A DNA stretch of 63,573 bases, filler included, from Octopus bimaculoides (GCF_001194135.2; 4 parts of 4 records of this genome joined end to end with filler, not necessarily neighbours in it), one strand, 5' to 3'. Positions 1 through 11,756 are shown, counted from the first letter of the whole stretch. Translations and numbers: made by a program. Notes: a model not told the origin generated them from the letters alone.

Positions 1-93
1 CTTCATATGTTATGGGCACTTTCAAACAATTGAGACAGCTTTTGTACAGTTGTTCAACTTGCAAAAATGGCTGCCAAGTCTCTTTCATATCAT

Positions 94-440
94 TTGTTGT
101 TGTTGGCACTCCGTCGCTTACGACGTCGAGGGTTCCAGTTGATCCGATCAATGGAACAGCCTGCTCATGAAATTAACGTGCAAGTGGCTGAGTTCTCGGG
201 GATATTCAGCGTGACACAGTGTGACAAGGCTGACCCTTTGAAATACGAGCACAACAGAAGCAGGAAGTAAGAGTGAGAGAAAGTTGTGCAGCAGGGTTTG
301 TCACCATCCCCTGCCGGAGCCTTGTGGAGCTTTAGGTGTTTTCACTCAATAAACACTCACAACGCCCGGTCTGGGAATTGAAACCGCGATCCTGTGACCG
401 CAAGTCCGCTGCCCTAACCACTGGGCCATTGCGCCGCCAC
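94..440 (-). mobile_element. tRNA-derived SINE, family A, with internal deletion
   Basis: Minus strand starts GTGGCGGCGCAATGGCCCAGTGGTTAGGGCAG with A/B-box-like motifs and ends in an (AAC)n tail. 10-bp TSD TTCATATCAT at 84-93 and 441-450. About 9 copies in the window. Confidence 0.9.
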
Positions 441-1810
441 TTCATATCATACTCTGCCATCTTCAAAACATAAGGGCCCATTGGGCTGTATAGTCCAAGT
501 TATACAAAACCCGAGGCTGTCAGTGTTGGAACATTTTTGATTACGATTGAACTGTTCATCTGTCAATAATACATGCACACACACATACACACATTTCGTT
601 TGAGTTGTCTTCTACTTTTTCTATTCAAAGGGTTTTCACCCCAATATTTACATGCTCATATTTTTAGCTTTATTTGCTTCAAGATTCACTGTTTCTAAAA
701 AGAATTAATTTATGTTCTTGAAGTTTCTAAATTCTTATATCATCAACATATGTATGTATATGAATATAATAACAAGATGAAATTCGCCGAGATCTTCTAT
801 ACTTTTAAAAAATATACCAATTTTTGTATAAATAAATGTTCAATAATCGAAACTTCAACAAAGGAGAAAACGAACAAATTTTACATACTTCGGAAGGACT
901 AATGTGAAAACTTATAAGAAGGACAGTATATATTATTATTTCTAATTTTTAGTATTTTTAATTTTAATATTTCAAAAACTTTAATAATATATAAGTATAT
1001 AAAGGGTTCTTAATGCATCTCTGAAGAACGGAATTACTAACAATAAGATGATATTTAGATCACTTTGCGATTGTAGTAATATCCGTAAAACGATCGTAAG
1101 ATATTTTATTCTTTTAACTTTAGGTTTCTTTNNNNNNNNNNNNNNNNNNNNNNNNNNNNNNNNNNNNNNNNNNNNNNNNNNNNNNNNNNNNNNNNNNNNN
1201 NNNNNNNNNNNNNNNNNNNNNNNNNNNNNNNNNNNNNNNNNNNNNNNNNNNNNNNNNNNNNNNNNNNNNNNNNNNNNNNNNNNNNNNNNNNNNNNNNNNN
1301 NNNNNNNNNNNNNNNNNNNNNNNNNNNNNNNNNNNNNNNNNNNNNNNNNNNNNNNNNNNNNNNNNNNNNNNNNNNNNNNNNNNNNNNNNNNNNNNNNNNN
1401 NNNNNNNNNNNNNNNNNNNNNNNNNNNNNNNNNNNNNNNNNNNNNNNNNNNNNNNNNNNNNNNNNNNNNNNNNNNNNNNNNNNNNNNNNNNNNNNNNNNN
1501 NNNNNNNNNNNNNNNNNNNNNNNNNNNNNNNNNNNNNNNNNNNNNNNNNNNNNNNNNNNNNNNNNNNNNNNNNNNNNNNNNNNNNNNNNNNNNNNNNNNN
1601 NNNNNNACCATGTTAGGTTGGATATATATCTTTTGAAATACTAAATATTGATTTCCTAAATATATTATTGATGAATTAATAATATAAAATCACATATATA
1701 CACATTTATTTGCTCAAGATAATTGAGCACTCAACATAAGTTCAATTATATATTCTTTTAGAATATTTCTTTTAGAATATTACTTATAAAAGTTATATAT
1801 ATATATATAT

Positions 1811-1960
1811 GGCTGTGTGGTTAGGAAGCTTGCTTCCCAGCTACATGTTTTTGGGTTCAGTCCCACCGCATACCACCTTGGGCAAGCGTCTTCTGCTATA
1901 GCCCCAAGCCAACCGAAGCTTTGTCATTGAATTTGGTAGGTGGAAGTTACTGCCGTGTGT
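1811..1960 (+). mobile_element. SINE family B (tRNA head + CORE-like segment), 5' part
   Basis: GGCTGTGTGGTTAGGAAGCTTGCTT head, then CACCTTGGGCAAGCGTCTT, which resembles the CORE/MIR core. Matches copies at 30158 and 57000. Confidence 0.75.
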
Positions 1961-2716
1961 GTATATGTCTGTGTATGTGCTTGTGCCTCTCTCCCAAAGA
2001 GAGAGAGAGGAATATATATATACACACACTCACATGCATATACATACCTACATATATCTATAGAGAGAGAGATGTGTGTATGTGTGTGTTTGTGTGTGTG
2101 AGAGAGAGACAAATCTGTCATCACTCCAATTTTTCTATTAGGGAATGTGATTAAAAGTGAGCTGAATCCCAAGTTGCCCATTTCTATCACATTCCTCAAT
2201 AAGAAAATCGGAGAAACAACAGCTTAAAACCTCAGCTTCAAGTGAATAAATATATTCTACTATATTTATTGAATTTTTTTTTTTCTTGATAGTACATCTA
2301 AATGCACATACTTACAAACTTATACACATATGAATTTATTAATCCATAAAAGCAAAATGTCGTTGAATGAATAAACAATTGAATTCATAAAACAAAAGTA
2401 AATGAGTATTTTTTTTACAAATTGACAGCTATGTTGAAACTTTGTCCAACATAACTTTTCAGTTGAGAGAAGGGAGAAAGAGAGAAAGCTCAAATGGAAC
2501 ATCACGGGAAAATAAATCAAAGTACACACATTTAAATAACTATAGATATTCTATGTTATGCATCTTGTGTTATTTTCTATGCATTGTTCCATTTAAGATA
2601 TATATATATATATGGATGTTTGTGTCTCCTTGTCTTGACATTGTGTGATAGTTGTAAATGAGTCTACTGATGTACAAAGCAATTTCATTCATTTCCATTA
2701 TCTGGCTATGGGAAAA

Positions 2717-3152
2717 TATTCTTTTCTACTCTAGGCACAAGGCCTGAAATTTTTAGGGAGAGGGGCCAGTCGATTAGTTTGACACCAACATGCAGCTGGT
2801 ACTTAATTTATCGACCCTGAAAGGGTGAAAGGCAAAGTCGACCTCGGCAGAATTTGAACTCAGAATGTAAAGACAGACAAAATACCTCTAAGCATTTTGC
2901 CTGGCGTGCTAATGTTTCTTATTTCTTTATTGCCCACAAGGGGCTAAACATAGAGGGGACAAACAAGGACAGACAAAAGGATTAATTCGATTATATTGAC
3001 CCCAGTGCGTAACTGGTACTTATTTAATCGACCTCGAAAGGATGAAAGGCAAAGTCGACCTCGGCGGAATTTGAACCCAGAACGTAGCGGCAGATGAAAC
3101 ACCATTAAGCATTTTGGCCGGTGTGCTAACGATTCTGCCAGCTCGCCGCCTT
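2717..3152 (-). mobile_element. Dimeric SINE family C, full dimer
   Basis: Two related units, each with GTTCTGAGTTCAAATT and GCCTTTCATCCTTTCG, joined by a TTTGTCCCCTCTATGTTTAGCCCC linker. Same layout at 36451-36873. Confidence 0.85.
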
Positions 3153-3165
3153 AACATACCATAAA

Positions 3166-3449
3166 TATTCTTTTCTACTCTAGGCACAAGGCCCGAAATT
3201 TTGGGGGAGTGGGGGGCAGTCGATTAGATCGCCACCTTAACATAACATAGAGGGGACAAACAAGGACAGACAAAGGGATTAAATTGATTATATCGACCCC
3301 AGTACGTAATTGGTACTTATTTAATCGACCCCGAAAGGATGAAATGCAAAGTCGACCTTGGCGGAATTTGAACTCAGAACGTAACGGCAGACGAAATACC
3401 GCTGAGCATTTTGCCTGGCGTGCTAACGTTTCTGCCAGCTCACTGCTTT
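3166..3449 (-). mobile_element. SINE family C, deleted dimer
   Basis: Tail, part of the linker and the head unit, homologous to 2717-3152. Confidence 0.8.
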
Positions 3450-3603
3450 GGCCAAAGGAAAATATTACCTTGCATGGAAACAAGTGAGAGTTGGCAACAG
3501 GAAGGGCATCTGGCCATAGAAAGTCTGCCTCAGCAAAACTCTGTCCTACACCTGCGAACATAGAAAAGTAGATATTAAAATGATGATGATGATGACAACA
3601 AAT

Positions 3604-3834
3604 ATTGGTCTCAAATGTTTGGCACAAAGCAGCAATTTCAGATGGAGGAGCTAAGTCAATTACTTGGACCCCACCCCCACCCATTAGAGTTCAACTGGTA
3701 TTTTGTTTTATTGAACCGCAAGGACGAAAGGTAAAGTTGACCTCAGAAGAAATTGAACTCAGAACATAAAGATGGACAAAATGCTGCTAAGCAATTTTCC
3801 CAACGTGCTAACTGTTCTGCCAGCTTGCCACTGT
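3604..3834 (-). mobile_element. SINE family C monomer, diverged
   Basis: Reverse complement contains GCTGGCAGAA head and GTTCTGAGTTCAA motif. Confidence 0.7.
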
Positions 3835-3859
3835 AATGATCACAAATATTGATAGGTCG

Positions 3860-4125
3860 TTGGATAGATAGATAGATAGGCTGGTACACGCATGGCTGGC
3901 TGGCTGGCTGGCTAGTTGGCTGGCTGGTTGGCTAGCTGGCTGGTTGGCTAGCTGGCTGGTTGGCTGGCTAGCTGTCTGGTTGGCCTTGTACATGAATAGA
4001 TAGATAAATAGATAGATAGATAAATAGATAGACATATAGGCAGACAGACAGACAGACTGACAGATAGATAGATAAATAGATGGTTAGATAGACAGGCAGA
4101 CAGGCAGACAGATAGATAAATAGAT
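3860..4125. repeat. Compound tetranucleotide microsatellite (GATA/GGCT/GACA)n
   Basis: Directly visible tandem units. Confidence 0.95.
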
Positions 4126-4707
4126 ATCTTTTTATTATAGCCACACAGGGCTAAATACAGAAAATGGACAAATTACAAAGTAGAGCTTTNNNNNNNNNNN
4201 NNNNNNNNNNNNNNNNNNNNNNNNNNNNNNNNNNNNNNNNNNNNNNNNNNNNNNNNNNNNNNNNNNNNNNNNNNNNNNNNNNNNNNNNNNNNNNNNNNNN
4301 NNNNNNNNNNNNNNNNNNNNNNNNNNNNNNNNNNNNNNNNNNNNNNNNNNNNNNNNNNNNNNNNNNNNNNNNNNNNNNNNNNNNNNNNNNNNNNNNNNNN
4401 NNNNNNNNNNNNNNNNNNNNNNNNNNNNNNNNNNNNNNNNNNNNNNNNNNNNNNNNNNNNNNNNNNNNNNNNNNNNNNNNNNNNNNNNNNNNNNNNNNNN
4501 NNNNNNNNNNNNNNNNNNNNNNNNNNNNNNNNNNNNNNNNNNNNNNNNNNNNNNCACATTTACCCATTTTTTATTGAAACTTTCATTCGACAACACTTTC
4601 CTCTCTATCCTCATCCTCCTTTTCAAGTGGTACTTGAAAAAGATGATGAGGGACTGACCAGAGAGGAAAGTGTTTGTTTGTAGACCTTTCAAACGCGTCC
4701 ACCACAG

Positions 4708-4807
4708 GCAGACAGACAGACAGATAGATAAATAGATAGACAGACAGACAGATAGATAGATAGACAGACAGACAGATAGATAGGTAGACAGACAGACAGA
4801 CAAACAA

Positions 4808-4887
<80 letters not shown>
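4708..4887. repeat. (GACA)n/(GATA)n microsatellite
   Basis: Directly visible. Confidence 0.95.
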
Positions 4888-5539
4888 TCTTGTTTGTGAA
4901 CAGATAGGTGGATAGATATATAGGTTTCTAAGAACTGTATTGCTAAAGATATCATGTAAAGATTTTACATCATCTAAATCAAATTTTATCATATTTATTA
5001 TCACTCTAAATGTTATATATTTTAAAAAAATTATCAATATTTTGTGAAACAATAAATAAATTCCCTGGTTCTTAATTTATTCAAAGTTCCACTCTTTGTG
5101 AACTGTTTCCAATAAACAAATAAATAAATATATATCTCAATACAAATACATTATTCTTCCTTATTCTTGTTGACTAAAAATTTATATTTCATTTGGTGCT
5201 GTGCTGCTATTTGATTAGTTCTTCAATGGCTGCTTATTTTCGCTTAATTTCTATTCCTTCTCTTAAAGAAGAAGTAAGATACATTTCTTACATTTCTTAT
5301 CTCTACTATGATAAGGAAAGTCTAAAAGGTATTTTCATACTTAGTGCACTGAATAGCTTTTAGATACAACTAAAAGTCAGAAGTAGAGTGAACCTCCGGT
5401 CATTCCCCACAAGCCTGCACAGAGACAAGATGATGATGAATTGCAAGCACAGGGTAAAAAAATGGTGATGATGATGGCAATGATGATGATGATTGTGGTA
5501 ATTTTTGTTGTTGTTGTTGTTATCATCATCATCCTCATC

Positions 5540-5697
5540 ATTATTGAGCAAGAGAGCAGCACATGCCACCAAAGAGGTGCTGGAGTACAAATACACGAAG
5601 CCCAATATATCCATCATGACTTCCCTGTCTGATAAGGGTACACCAGACACATGCATCCCAACCATATGTGCATGACATGGCCATATGTACATGACAC

Positions 5698-5700
<3 letters not shown>
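5540..5700 (-). mobile_element. Family E non-coding repeat, truncated copy
   Basis: Homologous to 7678-7810 (GAAGCCC..ATCATGAC..CTGATAAGGGTACACCAG). Bounded by ATT-type repeats. Confidence 0.75.
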
Positions 5701-5751
<51 letters not shown>

Positions 5752-6790
5752 GTGACTGAAAACTCACTGCTTATTTTGCTGGGTATGATGGAAAGTGTCA
5801 GCTGTCCTCAGTCAACAGACTAAGGTAACACTTGTTTATTGGTCATGCTTCAAGAACTCTGTGAAGAATTCTTGTAGTTCCAAGCAATGCTGTTCTTTGT
5901 AGGTGTTCTACCTTCACACTTGCACTAATTTTTTTCGGCCATGCTGGTAGTTGAGAGCTGATACTTCCAAGTGCACCAATTACTATTGGTATCAAGCCTG
6001 CTCTCTTCATTGACAACAACCTTCGTATTTCCCATGTCAAATCATCATTTATTTTTTTCTTCTTCTTTCACATTGATTCTGTTGTCACCGGGATATGCTC
6101 TGTTGATTATCATGCATATTTCTTTCTTTTTTATTCACCACAACAATGTCTGGTTCCCGATGTCTAGTCAGGTGATCACACTTAATCATTGCATCCCACA
6201 GGATTTTGCAATTGTCATTCTCCGTGACTCCTTCTGGGGTGTGCCCCATACCATGTCTTTGCTCTTTGTAGGCCATGGTTTCCACAGAGCTCCCAATGGC
6301 TCATTCTTGTCACATTGTCATAGCATCTTTTGTATTCGTATTGTGCCAATTTCGGGCATTCGCTAATGATGTGCCATACTGTTTCACACCTCTCACTACA
6401 CATTCTGCATTTGTTGCTGCTAGTAGTGTTATCTATTCTGCACTTCACATAGTTGGTCCTTAATGCTTGTTCTTGAGCTGTGCATACAAATGCTTCTGTC
6501 TCTATCTTCAAGTCACTCCTCATCCATAGCCACCAGTCCTCTGTATCTCTCTTGGCGTTCACATCTCTTGCAAACTGTCCATACATTTTATTTCTCTTTA
6601 CATGCTGTTTCTTTTTTTGTGTTCATTTCTTCTTTAAATTTTTCCTTCATTACAAAATTCTCAGTTTTGATGATGCTGGCCTTCTTCGTATGTTTCAATA
6701 ATGGCTCCATGGCATTTTTTATATACTGCCCTAAGCTGTTTTCCTCTGCTTCGACACAGTCCTAGCAACCAATCAAACTTCCCAATATTA
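5752..6790 (-). mobile_element. R4/Dong-like non-LTR retrotransposon, 5'-truncated and frameshifted (CCHC knuckle + restriction-like endonuclease)
   Basis: Translations MYGQFARDV, AQEQALRTNY, CRMCSERCETVWHIISEC, KILWD..PDIVVV, PIVIGALG, LQRTALLGTTRILHRVL. 3' end abuts (TAA)n at 5698-5751. Confidence 0.9.
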
Positions 6791-6862
6791 GATGTTACCT
6801 TTCATCCTTCTGGTGTTGATGAAATAAATACCAGTTGAGCATTTTAGGTGATATAATTGAAA

Positions 6863-6906
<44 letters not shown>

Positions 6907-6925
6907 GCCTTTGCAAAATTTGAAA

Positions 6926-6960
<35 letters not shown>

Positions 6961-7432
6961 GCCTTTGCACAGCTTTTAATGCTGGAGATGTACTACAGTG
7001 TCACCTGTTCACTACCTGTGAACTTAGGTAACACTTCTTATTTTTTGAGCACCTTCTGGAGTATTTGAGCGGTTCCAAGCAGTGCTGTTTTCTGCAAGTG
7101 CTCCACCCTTATTGCAGCCCCTATTTGTTCCACGCACTTCTCAAAATTTTTGCTCACTGTTCCCAGGGCTCCGACAATTATTGGTACTACTGCTACCTTT
7201 TTTCATCGACCACAACTGCTTAACTTCCCAAGCTAACCTGTCATATCTCTCAACTTTTCTTTCTTCCTTATCGCATACCTTGTTGTCAGCTGGGTATGCT
7301 ATGTCTATAATCCAGCATAGTTTGTTTTCTTTCTCAGTTAAGACTATGTCTGGCTTCCTATTCTCAGTCTCATGGTCGCACTGAATCATAAAATCCCAGA
7401 GGATCTTTGCATTTCTATTTTCGATGATGCCT
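6961..7432 (-). mobile_element. Second R4/Dong-like retrotransposon 3' fragment (RLE domain)
   Basis: KILWDFMIQCDHETENRKPDIVL..WIIDIAYPAD..KVERY, then VVVVPIIVGALG and LQKTALLGTAQIL after a frameshift. (TAA)n on both sides. Confidence 0.9.
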
Positions 7433-7441
7433 TATCATTAC

Positions 7442-7476
<35 letters not shown>

Positions 7477-7670
7477 CAAGGCAGTGAGCATGCTGGACGA
7501 AATGCTTAGTGGTATTTCATCTGTTTTCATGTTCTGAGTTCAAATGCCGCCGGGGTCAATAAATTAAGTACCAGTAAAACACTGGGGGGGAGGGGGCAAT
7601 GTAATCAACTGGTCTCTTCCCCCAAAATTTCAGGCCTTGTGCCTATAGTACAAAAGATTATTGTTATTAT
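7477..7670 (+). mobile_element. SINE family C monomer
   Basis: GTTCTGAGTTCAAAT, AAATTAAGTACCAG, AAATTTCAGGCCTTGTGCCTA, ATT-repeat tail. Confidence 0.8.
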
Positions 7671-7677
7671 TATTATT

Positions 7678-8230
7678 GAGTGAGAGAGCAGTGAATGCCA
7701 TCAAAGTGACACCGGGGTAAAATATACGAAGCCCATTATACCCATCATGACTACCCATCTGATAAGGGTACACCAGGTACATGCATCACAACCATATGTG
7801 CACGACATGGTGAGCTCATATCAAGATAAATGGTGCATGACCTTGCAGGTAGGGCCCAGTTAAAATTTTCTTCAGGTTGAGTAGCCCATCCTGCTCAAAA
7901 GGTGCCGAAATCAGGTTTGTTTAAGGATGTTGAACAAAACACTCATGTTTCCAAAGGGGAATTATTCAAACCCCAAAGAATTCCTCTCAACACATGGCTA
8001 TGATGCTCCCCCACTACTTCTGCTCGTGATCAGAGATGCACATATCGTCAGCCACTAAGGGACATGCTCAACTGGTTAAGGTCAAACAACTGACAAGCAA
8101 ATCTGTAGTATTCAGCAGAATATTTTCTATAGCCCATCTTTTATACCAAGACAAAACAATGTACATGATAACACTTCCAGTTAAGATGAAAAGCCATGAG
8201 AGCCACTGTCTGGTACTGCAGCAAAGCATT
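7678..8230 (-). mobile_element. Family E non-coding interspersed repeat (~550 bp), apparently full length
   Basis: Same two ends as the copy at 25032-25507. No ORF. One end abuts (AAT)n. Confidence 0.8.
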
Positions 8231-8384
8231 CATCATCATCATCCTAATCCTCATCCTCATCATCATCATCATCATCCTAATCCTCATCCTCCTCCTCATC
8301 ATCATCATCATTGGGCATTAAACGAAGACGATGATGATTATTATTGTTGTTGTTATTCATTGTTGTATTTATATTATTTTTCAG

Positions 8385-8526
8385 GAGCAGGTATAGCCCT
8401 GTTGATCATGACCTACATTCGCTGTTTGATGTTTTCTGTGGAAATGTCCTACGGTTTATTTTACACATTTGCTTCTCTTCAGCAACCATTTCCCTGGAGT
8501 CTGTCCAAATATAACAAAACCTTATG
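8385..8526 (+). CDS. SLC6 (sodium:neurotransmitter symporter) family transporter, internal exon (TM3 and start of EL2)
   Basis: Acceptor TTTTTCAG at 8384 and donor GTATGT at 8527. Phase-1 start at the usual G|xG intron site. (G)AGIALLIMTYIRCLMFSVEMSYGLFYTFASLQQPFPWSLSKYNKTL aligns without gaps to SLC6 TM3 and the PW motif. Confidence 0.85.
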
Positions 8527-8663
8527 GTATGTTTTCCTTTATTGTTATTTTGTTATTGTAATTGTCACTTCTGCCTTCTCCTTCTTCCCCTTCTTCATCT
8601 TCCACCTTCCACTTCATTTTATAATCCAACCTATTTTATTCATATTATTTGTACATGTTTTAC

Positions 8664-8880
8664 AGGTGACAAGCTGGTAGAACCATTGGCATGCTGGACA
8701 AAATGCTTAGCAGAATTTTTGTTCATCTTTATGTTCTGAGTTCAAATTCCGTTGAAGTCAACTTTGTCTTTTGTCCTTGTGGGGGTTGATAAAATAAATA
8801 CCAGTTGAGCACTGGGGTTGATATAATCAACTTACCCGCTCTCCTGAAATTGCTGACCTAGTGCCAAAATATGAGACCTT
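8664..8880 (+). mobile_element. SINE family C monomer
   Basis: AAGCTGGTAGAA head, GTTCTGAGTTCAAATT, GATAAAATAAATACCAG. Confidence 0.8.
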
Positions 8881-9174
8881 TATTTGTACATTCTATAAGG
8901 TGACAAGCTACTAGGACTGTTAACATGCTGAACAAAATACTTACTAGCACATAGTCTATCTTCATGTTCTGAGTTCAAATCATATGTATTGTCCAAAGAA
9001 ACTTTTGCATTAGTCACAAGATACAAACATCTAGTAGTATCTTACTGGCTCTATCAGGAACAGTTCTCTTGGTACAGTAGTAAGGTTTGAACTATAAAAC
9101 TTTGTTGACTGCAGTCTTTTACTTTAAACCTACAGCCAAATATCATGACAATTTTCTTCTAAGTAGTATATACA

Positions 9175-9477
9175 TCATCATCATCATCATCATCATCGTT
9201 TAACATCCGCTTTCCATGCTACCATGGGTTGGACGAGTTGGCTGAGGACTGGTGAACCAGATGGCTACACCAGGCTCCAATCTGATTTGGCAGAGTTTCT
9301 ACAGCTGGTTGCCCTTCCTAATGCCAACCACTCCGAGAGTGTAGTGGGTGCTTTTACGTGCCACTGGCACGAAGGCCAGTCAGGCGGTACTGGCAACGGC
9401 CACGCTCAAAACGGTGTATTTTACGTGCCACCTGCACAAGAGCCAGTCCAGCGGCACTGGCAACGATCTCGCTCGGA

Positions 9478-9480
<3 letters not shown>
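9175..9480 (-). mobile_element. Family D SINE-like repeat with (GAT)n tail
   Basis: (CAT)n then CGTTTAACATCCGCTTTCCATGCT..GCCCTTCCTAATGCCAACC..TTTTACGTGCCAC. More than 8 copies in the window. Confidence 0.85.
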
Positions 9481-9523
<43 letters not shown>

Positions 9524-9758
9524 CAGTGGGTCATCTATCCAAAAATGAAGCACAATCTAAAGTATAGAGCAGTAATGTATTTACATGTAGTTAAATATAT
9601 GTCCGGGTATAGAGTGACCAATGGTTTTGCATCCATTTGCGTTTAGCTTTATGGACGACTTGTCAGACTCTAGATGGATAGCAGAGGACATACAGCCTCT
9701 CTTGAACTGGAGGTAGAAAACCATTACGGTCAGTAATTTGTAAGCAAAAGAATAAGAT

Positions 9759-9801
<43 letters not shown>

Positions 9802-11280
9802 TGGTATATATGTATATAAATATATATATATATTCATGTATATCATCGAAGATGGTAATAATATCATCATCAGCCTTGTTTAACATCTACCTTCCATGCT
9901 AGCATGAGTGGGACAAATATATATATATATATATATCTTTCATTCACACTACATATGCAGTCATCGCTTTTTGCACTGAATGGCTGATCACAACTGGTTA
10001 AAAATTATCTTTCCCAGTTGATCCCTTAAGCCAGAGTTTTTGACTGTAGATAAACACCAGACACAAATAAGATGTTAGACATGTTACCGCAAACCCTGTT
10101 AGTCTTCCTGTACCTTTGACTATCACCTTTCAATAAGAGAATTGTTATTTTAGAAACGTAAATAATCAAAACATAGTCATCAAAAATTAAGATTTCCTGG
10201 CTTGAAGTATATCGTGTATATTATGGTTATAAATCTGATCCTTTTCAAACATGATACAATCATATTCATCACTCTGATTTCGTTTTTCTTTAAAATCATG
10301 TTCCCTCAAGGGAATTAACAAAGTTGATTAAAATCAGCAAAATATATATATTCTTTAATTTCTTCTTTTTATAAAAAGAAAAACTAAACTGATAAGCTAA
10401 ATTACTCGACATCTGTAGAATGTGGTGTCAAAGCTTCTTTCTATTTATTTCCTGTCTTCTTTCCCCCAAATAATTAAGTGACTTCCTGTCTTTATTTTAG
10501 CAATCTTTGCTTCTTGGATATTATGCCTCTTGCATTTCCATATCAACATTAATACAGTTTCAATTCCCATTTGGAATTGCTTCGCTTACATCACTAATAT
10601 GCACGTGAGACAAGAAAAATATGAACGAAACAACACTTTGTATCCCTTTCTATATAAATATGAGACTTCATGCTTTTGTAAGAAACTGTCTGTCTGAATA
10701 TCAACAGAGCAATGGAGGTGATGAATATGACAGGGAGCCTGACTAAGATGTTTTATGGCAGCTCAATTAGCTCCCTGTGGTTTTGAATTCAAATAATGTC
10801 AGGGTTCAGCTTCCCGTATCAGTCCCTCCACTGATGGTAACTTAAGATCCTATACTGTGCTTTTCTTCCTAACAAACAAAAAATGGCCTTTTGCCAACTT
10901 AAAAGTAAATTATCAGCTTACCTTTTATCCCACTGAGGGTTGGGAAAATAAGTACTCCATGATAATTATTTTAGCTGTATTAAAAATGTACCTGATAACT
11001 ATTGGCAGAATGTTAAACTTGAAACACTTTTCTGTTACGTTGAACAGGGCACTTTACAAACTGGGTCAGAGATATATAAAAATTGATACAAAATATTATA
11101 TGAATGAAGGGGAAAAATTCTCACCTACCATTGAAATGAAATAACAAATTTCCTTCACTAGTCTGATACTATATGAAAGTGTTTGCTTATTCCATAAATA
11201 AAGATTTCTTATGGTGGGGGAAGAATTGCAGTATGTAAGGAAAGAATATACTTGATTGAATTTACATTGATATATTACTG

Positions 11281-11548
11281 GTGAATGCATGTGGCCTAGT
11301 AGTTTGGCTGTTGCACCCACAATCCAGTGATTGTGGGTTCAATTCCTGGAGTGGGTAAAGCGTTGTGTTCTTGAGCAAAAGACTTCATTTCACATTGCTC
11401 CAGTCCTCCTTTTGACCAGGAGGGAATGTTGGCTTGCTCACCTAGCCAGTAGGGTGACATCATTTGAAGGCTAAAACAACACAAAAGCACATTGTGACCA
11501 GTGATGTGTAACATCTGATAGCCTGGTCGGTCATGCAATCATGTGATA
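11281..11548 (+). mobile_element. tRNA-derived SINE, family F
   Basis: TGGCCTAGTAG A-box-like, GGTTCAATTCC B-box-like, TGTGTTCTTGAGCAAAAGACTT core. Related to 22375-22620. Confidence 0.65.
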
Positions 11549-11756
11549 TTACTGGTATTTGTTCCATCAATCATAGTGGGATGAAAGACGAACAACACTT
11601 TACTTATTTACACTGTTATATTAGAGTTATTTATTCTGTCAACCATAGAAGCATGAAAGGTAAAACTCTGCCTTGGCAAGATGTAAACTCCTGTACAGGA
11701 GGAGTGAAACCAAAGAGAGCAGGGCATTTAATCAGTACTCAATATTTTAGTCATCA

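Larger units (their letters stand above)
2605..3595 (+). mobile_element. Family D-variant repeat with (GAT)n tail, split by nested family C SINEs
   Basis: 2605-2720 and 3457-3595 join into one element homologous to the reverse complement of 22625-22925. GGAAAATATT is duplicated at 2711-2720 and 3457-3466. Confidence 0.65.

Noticed and set aside
2125-2212. Imperfect ~27-bp inverted repeat
   Set aside because: AT-rich with several mismatches, no TSD and no second copy seen.
10501-10604. Strong acceptor plus GTGAGA donor inside the SLC6 intron
   Set aside because: The frame required after the phase-2 donor at 8526 hits a stop, and the other frames are phase-incompatible.
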